Positions 52,936-64,000 of a DNA stretch of 64,000 nt are shown here, piece by piece. The first letter of the stretch is position 1, and the number at the start of each line of letters is the position of its first letter. Location: the NCBI RefSeq assembly GCF_009914755.1, contig NC_060940.1; one strand, 5' to 3'. This stretch comes from the human T2T-CHM13v2.0 reference genome, Homo sapiens. The notes under the pieces are model-generated. The model saw nothing but the letters and a program-made list of their open reading frames with translations. It ran no database searches and was not told the origin of the DNA. A program made the position numbers and the translations under genes.

Positions 52936-55900
52936 CATTCTCAGAAACTGCTCTGTGATGTGTGTGTTCAACTCACAGAGTTTAACTTTTCTTTTCATTC
53001 AGCAGTTTGGAAACACTCTGTTTGTAAAGTCTGCAAGTGGATATCTTGGCCTCTTAGAGGCCTTCGTTGGAAACGGGTTTTTTCATGTAAGGATAGACAG
53101 AGGAATTCCCAGTAACTTCCTTGTGTTGTGTGCATTCAACTCACAGAGTTGAATGATTCTTTACACAGAGCAGATTTGAGACACTCTTTTGGTGGAATTT
53201 GTAAGTGGAGAATTCAGCCGCTTTGAGGTCAACGGTAGAAAAGGAAATATCTTCGTATAAAAACTAGACAGAATGATTCTCAGAAACTGTTTTGTGATGT
53301 GTGCGTTCAACTCACAGAGTTTAACCTTTCTTTTCAAAGAGCAGTTAGGAAACACTCTGTTTGTAAAGTCTGCAAGTGGATATTCAGACCTCTTTGAGGC
53401 CTTCGTTGGAAACGGGATTTCTTCATATTATGCTAGACAGATGAATTCTCAGTAACTTCCTTGTGTTGTGTGTATTCAACTCACAGAGTTGAACGATCCT
53501 TTACACAGAGCAGATTTGAAACACTGTTTTTCTGGAATTTGCAAGTGGAGATTTCAGCCGCTTTGAGGTCAATGGTAGAAAAGGAAATATCTTCGTATAA
53601 AAACTAGACAGAATGATTCTCAGAAACTCCTTTGTGATGTGTGCGTTCAACTCACAGAGTTTAACCTTTCTTTTCACAGAGCAGTTAGGAAACACTCTGT
53701 TTGTGAAGCCTGCCAGTGGATATTCGGACCTCTTTGAGGCCTTCGTTGGAAACGGGATTTCTTCATATTATGCTAGACAGAAGATTTCTCAGTAACTTCT
53801 TTGTGTTGTGTGTATGCAACTCACAGAGTTCAACCTTCCTTTAGACAGAGCAGATTTGAAACACTCTTTTTGTGGAATTTGCAAGTGGAGATTTCAAGCG
53901 CTTCGATGCCAATGGTAGAAAAGGAAATATCTTCGTATAAAAACAAGACAAACTCGTTCCCAGACACTGCGTAGTGATGTGTGTGTTTAACTCACAGAGT
54001 TTAACCTTTCTTTTCATACAGCATTCTGGAAACCCTGTGTTTGTAAAGTCTGCAAGTGGATATTTGGACCTCTTAGATGCCTTCGTTGGAAACGGGATTT
54101 CTTCATATAATGCTAGAGGGAAGAATTCTTAGTAACTTCTTTGTGTTGTGTGTATTCAACTGACAGAGTTGAACCTTCCTTTAGACAGAGCAGATTTGAA
54201 AGTCTCTTTTTGTGGAATTTGCAAGTGGAGATTTCAAGCGCTTTGAGGCCAAAAGCAGAAAAGGAAATATTTTCCTATAAAAACTCGACAGAATCTTTCT
54301 CAGAAACTGCTCTGGGATGTGTGCGTTCAACTCACAGAGTTTAACTTTTCTTTTCATTCAGCAGTTTGGAAACACTCTGTTTGGAAAGTCTGCACGTGGA
54401 TATTTTGACCTCTTTGAGGCCTTCGTTGGAAACGGGTTTTTTTCATGTAAGGCTAGACAGAAGAAATCTCAGTAACTTCCTTGTGTTGTGTGTATTCAAC
54501 TGACAGAGTTGAACCTTCCTTTAGACAGAGCAGATTCGAAACACTCTTTTTCTGCAATTTGCAAGTGGAGACTTCAAGCGCTTTGAGGCCAAAGGCAGAA
54601 AAGGAAATATCTTCGTATAAAAACCCGACAGAATCATTCTCAGAAACTGCTCTGTGATGTGTGCGTTCAACTCACAGAGTTTAACTTTTCTTTTCATTCA
54701 GCAGTTTGGAAACACTCTGTTTGTAAAGTCTGCAAGTGGATATCTTGGCCTCTTAGAGGCCTTCGTTGGAAACGGGTTTTTTCATGTAAGGTTAGACAGA
54801 GGAATTCCCAGTAACTTCCTTGTGTTGTGTGCATTCAACTCACAGAGTTGAATGATTCTTTACACAGAGCAGATTTGAGACACTCTTTTGGTGGAATTTG
54901 TAAGTGGAGAATTCAGCCGCTTTGAGGTCAACGGTAGAAAAGGAAATATCTTCGTATAAAAACTAGACAGAATGATTCTCAGAAACTGTTTTGTGATGTG
55001 TGCGTTCAACTCACAGAGTTTAACCTTTCTTTTCAAAGAGCAGTTAGGAAACACTCTGTTTGTAAAGTCTGCAAGTGGATATTCAGACCTCTTTGAGGCC
55101 TTCGTTGGAAACGGGATTTCTTCATATTATGCTAGACAGATGAATTCTCAGTAACTTCCTTGTGTTGTGTGTATTCAACTCACAGAGTTGAACGATCCTT
55201 TACACAGAGCAGATTTGAAACACTGTTTTTCTGGAATTTGCAAGTGGAGATTTCAGCCGCTTTGAGGTCAATGGTAGAAAAGGAAATATCTTCGTATAAA
55301 AACTAGACAGAATGATTCTCAGAAACTCCTTTGTGATGTGTGCGTTCAACTCACAGAGTTTAACCTTTCTTTTCACAGAGCAGTTAGGAAACACTCTGTT
55401 TGTGAAGCCTGCCAGTGGATATTCGGACCTCTTTGAGGCCTTCGTTGGAAACGGGATTTCTTCATATTATGCTAGACAGAAGATTTCTCAGTAACTTCTT
55501 TGTGTTGTGTGTATGCAACTCACAGAGTTCAACCTTCCTTTAGACAGAGCAGATTTGAAACACTCTTTTTGTGGAATTTGCAAGTGGAGATTTCAAGTGC
55601 TTCGATGCCAATGGTAGAAAAGGAAATATCTTCGTAGAAAAACAAGACAAACTCGTTCCCAGACACTGCGTAGTGATGTGTGTGTTTAACTCACAGAGTT
55701 TAACCTTTCTTTTCATACAGCATTCTGGAAACCCTGTGTTTGTAAAGTCTGCAAGTGGATATTTGGACCTCTTAGATGCCTTCGTTGGAAACGGGATTTC
55801 TTCATATAATGCTAGAGGGAAGAATTCTTAGTAACTTCTTTGTGTTGTGTGTATTCAACTGACAGAGTTGAACCTTCCTTTAGACAGAGCAGATTTGAAA

Positions 55901-58032
55901 GTCTCTTTCTGTGGAATTTGCAAGTGGAGATTTCAAGCGCTTTGAGGCCAAAAGCAGAAAAGGAAATATTTTCCTATAAAAACTCGACAGAATCTTTCTC
56001 AGAAACTGCTCTGGGATGTGTGCGTTCAACTCACAGAGTTTAACTTTTCTTTTCATTCAGCAGTTTGGAAACACTCTGTTTGGAAAGTCTGCACGTGGAT
56101 ATTTTGACCTCTTTGAGGCCTTCGTTGGAAACGGGTTTTTTTCATGTAAGGCTAGACAGAAGAAATCTCAGTAACTTCCTTGTGTTGTGTGTATTCAACT
56201 GACAGAGTTGAACCTTCCTTTAGACAGAGCAGATTCGAAACACTCTTTTTCTGCAATTTGCAAGTGGAGACTTCAAGCGCTTTGAGGCCAAAGGCAGAAA
56301 AGGAAATATCTTCGTATAAAAACCCGACAGAATCATTCTCAGAAACTGCTCTGTGATGTGTGCGTTCAACTCACAGAGTTTAACTTTTCTTTTCATTCAG
56401 CAGTTTGGAAACACTCTGTTTGTAAAGTCTGCAAGTGGATATCTTGGCCTCTTAGAGGCCTTCGTTGGAAGCGGGTTTTTTCATGTAAGGATAGACAGAG
56501 GAATTCCCAGTAACTTCCTTGTGTTGTGTGCATTCAACTCACAGAGTTGAATGATTCTTTACACAGAGCACATTTGAGACACTCTTTTGGTGGAATTTGT
56601 AAGTGGAGAATTCAGCCGCTTTGAGGTCAACGATAGAAAAGCAAATATCTTCGTATAAAAACTAGACAGAATGATTCTCAGAAACTGTTTTGTGATGTGT
56701 GCGTTCAACTCACAGAGTTTAACCTTTCTTTTCAAAGAGCAGTTAGGAAACACTCTGTTTGTAAAGTCTGCAAGTGGATATTCAGACCTCTTTGAGGCCT
56801 TCGTTGGAAACGGGATTTCTTCATATTATGCTAGACAGATGAATTCTCAGTAACTTCCTTGTGTTGTGTGTATTCAACTCACAGAGTTAAACGATCCTTT
56901 ACACAGAGCAGATTTGAAACACTGTTTTTCTGGAATTTGCAAGTGGAGATTTCAGCCCCTTTGAGGTCAATGGTAGAAAAGGAAATATCTTCGTATAAAA
57001 ACTAGACAGAATGATTCTCAGAAACTCCTTTGTGATGTGTGCGTTCAACTCACAGAGTTTAACCTTTCTTTTCACAGAGCAGTTAGGAAACACTCTGTTT
57101 GTGAAGCCTGCCAGTGGATATTCGGACCTCTTTGAGGCCTTCGTTGGAAACGGGTTTTCTTCATATTACGCTAGACAGAAGATTTCTCAGTAACTTCTTT
57201 GGGTTGTGTGTATGCAACTCACAGAGTTCAACCTTCCTTTAGACAGAGCAGATTTGAAACACTCTTTTTGTGGAATTTGCAAGTGGAGATTTCAAGCGCT
57301 TCGATGCCAATGGTAGAAAAGGAAATATCTTCGTATAAAAACAAGACAAACTCGTTCCCAGACACTGCGTAGTGATGTGTGTGTTTAACTCACAGAGTTT
57401 CACCTTTCTTTTCATACAGCATTCTGGAAACCCTGTGTTTGTAAAGTCTGCAAGTGGATATTTGGACCTCTTAGATGCCTTCGTTGGAAACGGGATTTCT
57501 TCATATAATGCTAGAGGGAAGAATTCTTAGTAACTTCTTTGTGTTGTGTGTATTCAACTGACAGAGTTGAACCTTCCTTTAGACAGAGCAGATTTGAAAG
57601 TCTCTTTTTGTGGAATTTGCAAGTGGAGATTTCAAGCGCTTTGAGGCCAAAAGCAGAAAAGGAAATATTTTCCTATAAAAACTCGACAGAATCTTTCTCA
57701 GAAACTGCTCTGGGACGTGTGCGTTCAACTCACAGAGTTTAACTTTTCTTTTCATTCAGCAGTTTGGAAACACTCTGTTTGGAAAGTCTGCACGTGGATA
57801 TTTTGACCTCTTTGAGGCCTTCGTTGGAAACGGGTTTTTTTCATGTAAGGCTAGACAGAAGAAATCTCAGTAACTTCCTTGTGTTGTGTGTATTCAACTG
57901 ACAGAGTTGAACCTTCCTTTAGACAGAGCAGATTCGAAACACTCTTTTTCTGCAATTTGCAAGTGGAGACTTCAAGCGCTTTGAGGCCAAAGGCAGAAAA
58001 GGAAATATCTTCGTATAAAAACCCGACAGAAT

Positions 58033-59391
58033 CATTCTCAGAAACTGCTCTGTGATGTGTGCGTTCAACTCACAGAGTTTAACTTTTCTTTTCATTCAGC
58101 AGTTTGGAAACACTCTGTTTGTAAAGTCTGCAAGTGGATATCTTGGCCTCTTAGAGGCCTTCGTTGGAAACGGGTTTTTTCATGTAAGGTTAGACAGAGG
58201 AATTCCCAGTAACTTCCTTGTGTTGTGTGCATTCAACTCACAGAGTTGAATGATTCTTTACACAGAGCAGATTTGAGACACTCTTTTGGTGGAATTTGTA
58301 AGTGGAGAATTCAGCCGCTTTGAGGTCAACGGTAGAAAAGGAAATATCTTCGTATAAAAACTAGACAGAATGATTCTCAGAAACTCCTTTGTGATGTGTG
58401 CGTTCAACTCACAGAGTTTAACCTTTCTTTTCACAGAGCAGTTAGGAAACACTCTGTTTGTGAAGCCTGCCAGTGGATATTCGGACCTCTTTGAGGCCTT
58501 CGTTGGAAACGGGATTTCTTCATATTATGCTAGACAGAAGATTTCTCAGTAACTTCTTTGTGTTGTGTGTATGCAACTCACAGAGTTCAACCTTCCTTTA
58601 GACAGAGCAGATTTGAAACACTCTTTTTGTGGAATTTGCAAGTGGAGATTTCAAGCGCTTCGATGCCAATGGTAGAAAAGGAAATATCTTCGTATAAAAA
58701 CAAGACAAACTCGTTCCCAGACACTGCGTAGTGATGTGTGTGTTTAACTCACAGAGTTTAACCTTTCTTTTCATACAGCATTCTGGAAACCCTGTGTTTG
58801 TAAAGTCTGCAAGTGGATATTTGGACCTCTTAGATGCCTTCGTTGGAAACGGGATTTCTTCATATAATGCTAGAGGGAAGAATTCTTAGTAACTTCTTTG
58901 TGTTGTGTGTATTCAACTGACAGAGTTGAACCTTCCTTTAGACAGAGCAGATTTGAAAGTCTCTTTCTGTGGAATTTGCATGTGGAGATTTCAAGCGCTT
59001 TGAGGCCAAAAGCAGAAAAGGAAATATTTTCCTATAAAAACTCGACAGAATCTTTCTCAGAAACTGCTCTGGGATGTGTGCGTTCAACTCACAGAGTTTA
59101 ACTTTTCTTTTCATTCAGCAGTTTGGAAACACTCTGTTTGGAAAGTCTGCACGTGGATATTTTGACCTCTTTGAGGCCTTCGTTGGAAACGGGTTTTTTT
59201 CATGTAAGGCTAGACAGAAGAAATCTCAGTAACTTCCTTGTGTTGTGTGTATTCAACTGACAGAGTTGAACCTTCCTTTAGACAGAGCAGATTCGAAACA
59301 CTCTTTTTCTGCAATTTGCAAGTGGAGACTTCAAGCGCTTTGAGGCCAAAGGCAGAAAAGGAAATATCTTCGTATAAAAACCCGACAGAAT
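58033..59391 (+). repeat. 8-mer class X (1359 bp)
   Basis: m2 followed directly by m5. Confidence 0.93.
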
Positions 59392-61090
59392 CATTCTCAG
59401 AAACTGCTCTGTGATGTGTGCGTTCAACTCACAGAGTTTAACTTTTCTTTTCATTCAGCAGTTTGGAAACACTCTGTTTGTAAAGTCTGCAAGTGGATAT
59501 CTTGGCCTCTTAGAGGCCTTCGTTGGAAACGGGTTTTTTCATGTAAGGATAGACAGAGGAATTCCCAGTAACTTCCTTGTGTTGTGTGCATTCAACTCAC
59601 AGAGTTGAATGATTCTTTACACAGAGCAGATTTGAGACACTCTTTTGGTGGAATTTGTAAGTGGAGAATTCAGCCGCTTTGAGGTCAACGGTAGAAAAGG
59701 AAATATCTTCGTATAAAAACTAGGCAGAATGATTCTCAGAAACTGTTTTGTGATGTGTGCGTTCAACTCACAGAGTTTAACCTTTCTTTTCAAAGAGCAG
59801 TTAGGAAACACTCTGTTTGTAAAGTCTGCAAGTGGATATTCAGACCTCTTTGAGGCCTTCGTTGGAAACGGGATTTCTTCATATTATGCTAGACAGATGA
59901 ATTCTCAGTAACTTCCTTGTGTTGTGTGTATTCAACTCACAGAGTTGAACGATCCTTTACACAGAGCAGATTTGAAACACTGTTTTTCTGGAATTTGCAA
60001 GTGGAGATTTCAGCCGCTTTGAGGTCAATGGTAGAAAAGGAAATATCTTCGTATAAAAACTAGACAGAATGATTCTCAGAAACTCCTTTGTGATGTGTGC
60101 GTTCAACTCACAGAGTTTAACCTTTCTTTTCACAGAGCAGTTAGGAAACACTCTGTTTGTGAAGCCTGCCAGTGGATATTCGGACCTCTTTGAGGCCTTC
60201 GTTGGAAACGGGATTTCTTCATATTATGCTAGACAGAAGATTTCTCAGTAACTTCTTTGGGTTGTGTGTATGCAACTCACAGAGTTCAACCTTCCTTTAG
60301 ACAGAGCAGATTTGAAACACTCTTTTTGTGGAATTTGCAAGTGGAGATTTCAAGCGCTTCGATGCCAATGGTAGAAAAGGAAATATCTTCGTATAAAAAC
60401 AAGACAAACTCGTTCCCAGACACTGCGTAGTGATGTGTGTGTTTAACTCACAGAGTTTCACCTTTCTTTTCATACAGCATTCTGGAAACCCTCTGTTTGT
60501 AAAGTCTGCAAGTGGATATTTGGACCTCTTAGATGCCTTCGTTGGAAACGGGATTTCTTCATATAATGCTAGAGGGAAGAATTCTTAGTAACTTCTTTGT
60601 GTTGTGTGTATTCAACTGACAGAGTTGAACCTTCCTTTAGACAGAGCAGATTTGAAAGTCTCTTTTTGTGGAATTTGCAAGTGGAGATTTCAAGCGCTTT
60701 GAGGCCAAAAGCAGAAAAGGAAATATTTTCCTATAAAAACTAGACAGAATCTTTCTCAGAAACTGCTCTGGGATGTGTGCGTTCAACTCACAGAGTTTAA
60801 CTTTTCTTTTCATTCAGCAGTTTGGAAACACTCTGTTTGGAAAGTCTGCACGTGGATATTTTGACCTCTTTGAGGCCTTCGTTGGAAACGGGTTTTTTTC
60901 ATGTAAGGCTAGACAGAAGAAATCTCAGTAACTTCCTTGTGTTGTGTGTATTCAACTGACAGAGTTGAACCTTCCTTTAGACAGAGCAGATTCGAAACAC
61001 TCTTTTTCTGCAATTTGCAAGTGGAGACTTCAAGCGCTTTGAGGCCAAAGGCAGAAAAGGAAATATCTTCGTATAAAAACCCGACAGAAT

Positions 61091-62449
61091 CATTCTCAGA
61101 AACTGCTCTGTGATGTGTGCGTTCAACTCACAGAGTTTAACTTTTCTTTTCATTCAGCAGTTTGGAAACACTCTGTTTGTAAAGTCTGCAAGTGGATATC
61201 TTGGCCTCTTAGAGGCCTTCGTTGGAAACGGGTTTTTTCATGTAAGGTTAGACAGAGGAATTCCCAGTAACTTCCTTGTGTTGTGTGCATTCAACTCACA
61301 GAGTTGAATGATTCTTTACACAGAGCAGATTTGAGACACTCTTTTGGTGGAATTTGTAAGTGGAGAATTCAGCCGCTTTGAGGTCAACGGTAGAAAAGGA
61401 AATATCTTCGTATAAAAACTAGACAGAATGATTCTCAGAAACTGTTTTGTGATGTGTGCGTTCAACTCACAGAGTTTAACCTTTCTTTTCAAAGAGCAGT
61501 TAGGAAACACTCTGTTTGTAAAGTCTGCAAGTGGATATTCAGACCTCTTTGAGGCCTTCGTTGGAAACGGGATTTCTTCATATTATGCTAGACAGATGAA
61601 TTCTCAGTAACTTCCTTGTGTTGTGTGTATTCAACTCACAGAGTTCAACCTTCCTTTAGACAGAGCAGATTTGAAACACTCTTTTTGTGGAATTTGCAAG
61701 TGGAGATTTCAAGCGCTTCGATGCCAATGGTAGAAAAGGAAATATCTTCGTATAAAAACAAGACAAACTCGTTCCCAGACACTGCGTAGTGATGTGTGTG
61801 TTTAACTCACAGAGTTTCACCTTTCTTTTCATACAGCATTCTGGAAACCCTCTGTTTGTAAAGTCTGCAAGTGGATATTTGGACCTCTTAGATGCCTTCG
61901 TTGGAAACGGGATTTCTTCATATAATGCTAGAGGGAAGAATTCTTAGTAACTTCTTTGTGTTGTGTGTATTCAACTGACAGAGTTGAACCTTCCTTTAGA
62001 CAGAGCAGATTTGAAAGTCTCTTTTTGTGGAATTTGCAAGTGGAGATTTCAAGCGCTTTGAGGCCAAAAGCAGAAAAGGAAATATTTTCCTATAAAAACT
62101 CGACAGAATCTTTCTCAGAAACTGCTCTGGGATGTGTGCGTTCAACTCACAGAGTTTAACTTTTCTTTTCATTCAGCAGTTTGGAAACACTCTGTTTGGA
62201 AAGTCTGCACGTGGATATTTTGACCTCTTTGAGGCCTTCGTTGGAAACGGGTTTTTTTCATGTAAGGCTAGACAGAAGAAATCTCAGTAACTTCCTTGTG
62301 TTGTGTGTATTCAACTGACAGAGTTGAACCTTCCTTTAGACAGAGCAGATTCGAAACACTCTTTTTCTGCAATTTGCAAGTGGAGACTTCAAGCGCTTTG
62401 AGGCCAAAGGCAGAAAAGGAAATATCTTCGTATAAAAACCCGACAGAAT
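61091..62449 (+). repeat. 8-mer class Z
   Basis: m4/m6 junction within 61632-61645. Confidence 0.93.
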
Positions 62450-64000
62450 CATTCTCAGAAACTGCTCTGTGATGTGTGCGTTCAACTCACAGAGTTTAAC
62501 TTTTCTTTTCATTCAGCAGTTTGGAAACACTCTGTTTGTAAAGTCTGCAAGTGGATATCTTGGCCTCTTAGAGGCCTTCGTTGGAAATGGGTTTTTTCAT
62601 GTAAGGTTAGACAGAGGAATTCCCAGTAACTTCCTTGTGTTGTGTGCATTCAACTCACAGAGTTGAATGATTCTTTACACAGAGCAGATTTGAGACACTC
62701 TTTTGGTGGAATTTGTAAGTGGAGAATTCAGCCGCTTTGAGGTCAACGGTAGAAAAGGAAATATCTTCGTATAAAAACTAGACAGAATGATTCTCAGAAA
62801 CTGTTTTGTGATGTGTGCGTTCAACTCACAGAGTTTAACCTTTCTTTTCAAAGAGCAGTTAGGAAACACTCTGTTTGTAAAGTCTGCAAGTGGATATTCA
62901 GACCTCTTTGAGGCCTTCGTTGGAAACGGGATTTCTTCATATTATGCTAGACAGATGAATTCTCAGTAACTTCCTTGTGTTGTGTGTATTCAACTCACAG
63001 AGTTGAACGATCCTTTACACAGAGCAGATTTGAAACACTGTTTTTCTGGAATTTGCAAGTGGAGATTTCAGCCGCTTTGAGGTCAATGGTAGAAAAGGAA
63101 ATATCTTCGTATAAAAACTAGACAGAATGATTCTCAGAAACTCCTTTGTGATGTGTGCGTTCAACTCACAGAGTTTAACCTTTCTTTTCACAGAGCAGTT
63201 AGGAAACACTCTGTTTGTGAAGCCTGCCAGTGGATATTCGGACCTCTTTGAGGCCTTCGTTGGAAACGGGATTTCTTCATATTATGCTAGACAGAAGATT
63301 TCTCAGTAACTTCTTTGTGTTGTGTGTATGCAACTCACAGAGTTCAACCTTCCTTTAGACAGAGCAGATTTGAAACACTCTTTTTGTGGAATTTGCAAGT
63401 GGAGATTTCAAGCGCTTCGATGCCAATGGTAGAAAAGGAAATATCTTCGTATAAAAACAAGACAAACTCGTTCCCAGACACTGCGTAGTGATGTGTGTGT
63501 TTAACTCACAGAGTTTAACCTTTCTTTTCATACAGCATTCTGGAAACCCTGTGTTTGTAAAGTCTGCAAGTGGATATTTGGACCTCTTAGATGCCTTCGT
63601 TGGAAACGGGATTTCTTCATATAATGCTAGAGGGAAGAATTCTTAGTAACTTCTTTGTGTTGTGTGTATTCAACTGACAGAGTTGAACCTTCCTTTAGAC
63701 AGAGCAGATTTGAAAGTCTCTTTTTGTGGAATTTGCAAGTGGAGATTTCAAGCGCTTTGAGGCCAAAAGCAGAAAAGGAAATATTTTCCTATAAAAACTC
63801 GACAGAATCTTTCTCAGAAACTGCTCTGGGATGTGTGCGTTCAACTCACAGAGTTTAACTTTTCTTTTCATTCAGCAGTTTGGAAACACTCTGTTTGGAA
63901 AGTCTGCACGTGGATATTTTGACCTCTTTGAGGCCTTCGTTGGAAACGGGTTTTTTTCATGTAAGGCTAGACAGAAGAAATCTCAGTAACTTCCTTGTGT
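62450..64000 (+). repeat. Final 10-mer, truncated by the window edge in m10; m1 CENP-B box mutated
   Basis: m1-m9 present in order; box at 62576-62592 reads cttcgttggaaatgggt. Confidence 0.92.

Larger units (their letters stand above)
1..64000 (+). repeat. Centromeric alpha-satellite HOR array, suprachromosomal family 1 (dimeric J1/J2 type), running through both window edges
   Basis: About 170-bp tandem monomers with alpha-satellite hallmarks (ttctcagaaact, caactcacagagtt, gagcag, gcaagtggatatt). CENP-B box in every second monomer, giving a 340-bp period. Same orientation throughout. Confidence 0.99.

Noticed and set aside
57140-57170. Altered m5 CENP-B box flank (cgggttttct, tattacg)
   Set aside because: The core positions are intact and the changes are singletons.
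289-63858. Many near-identical 60-97 aa ORFs on both strands (MMCAFNSQ..., MFPNCS..., MILRN..., MCCVY...)
   Set aside because: They are chance stop-free frames of the satellite, repeating with the HOR. They appear and disappear with single SNPs (ctcg/ctag) and resemble no protein family I recognise.
1-64000. CRISPR-like repeat/spacer pattern from the regularly spaced cttcgttggaaacggg motif
   Set aside because: The intervening sequence is itself repeated rather than unique, there are no cas genes, and the motif is the CENP-B box.
1-64000. Assignment to other SF1 arrays (D10Z1 or D12Z3 8-mers, D1Z7/D5Z2/D19Z3, D7Z1)
   Set aside because: The dominant unit is a 10-mer and the 8-mers are derived from it by deletion. 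D16Z2 fits best, though this is unverified by alignment.
1-64000. Position of the kinetochore or hypomethylated centromere dip region, or satellite transcription
   Set aside because: These are epigenetic properties that cannot be read from sequence.
1-64000. L1/Alu insertion, inversion or non-alphoid island
   Set aside because: Landmark spacings of 1699 or 1358-1360 bp account for the window continuously, leaving no room for inserted DNA.

Overview
The whole 64 kb window is one uninterrupted, head-to-tail array of primate (human-type) centromeric alpha satellite. It contains no genes, transposon insertions or inversions that I can see. About 170-bp monomers alternate as a CENP-B-box monomer (168-169 bp) and a box-less A-type monomer (171 bp), giving the 340-bp dimer of suprachromosomal family 1. 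Five dimers form a 1699-bp 10-mer higher-order repeat (HOR), which best fits the chromosome 16 live array D16Z2 (S1C16H1L); this assignment is from recall, not a search. I label the monomers m1-m10 from position 270 and the HOR copies U1-U40. Of 39 complete copies, 27 are 10-mers and 12 are 1358-1360-bp 8-mers belonging to four junction classes. Diagnostic substitutions show nested multi-HOR duplications with offsets of 2.7, 4.8, 6.8, 9.5 and 12.9 kb. All CENP-B-box-inactivating changes I found fall in m1, and each HOR copy I read carries a perfect 10-bp-arm dyad in m2. Every ORF in the supplied track is an artefact of the repeat. I find no new protein-coding system; the interest lies in array architecture and evolution. 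All variant calls were made by eye.
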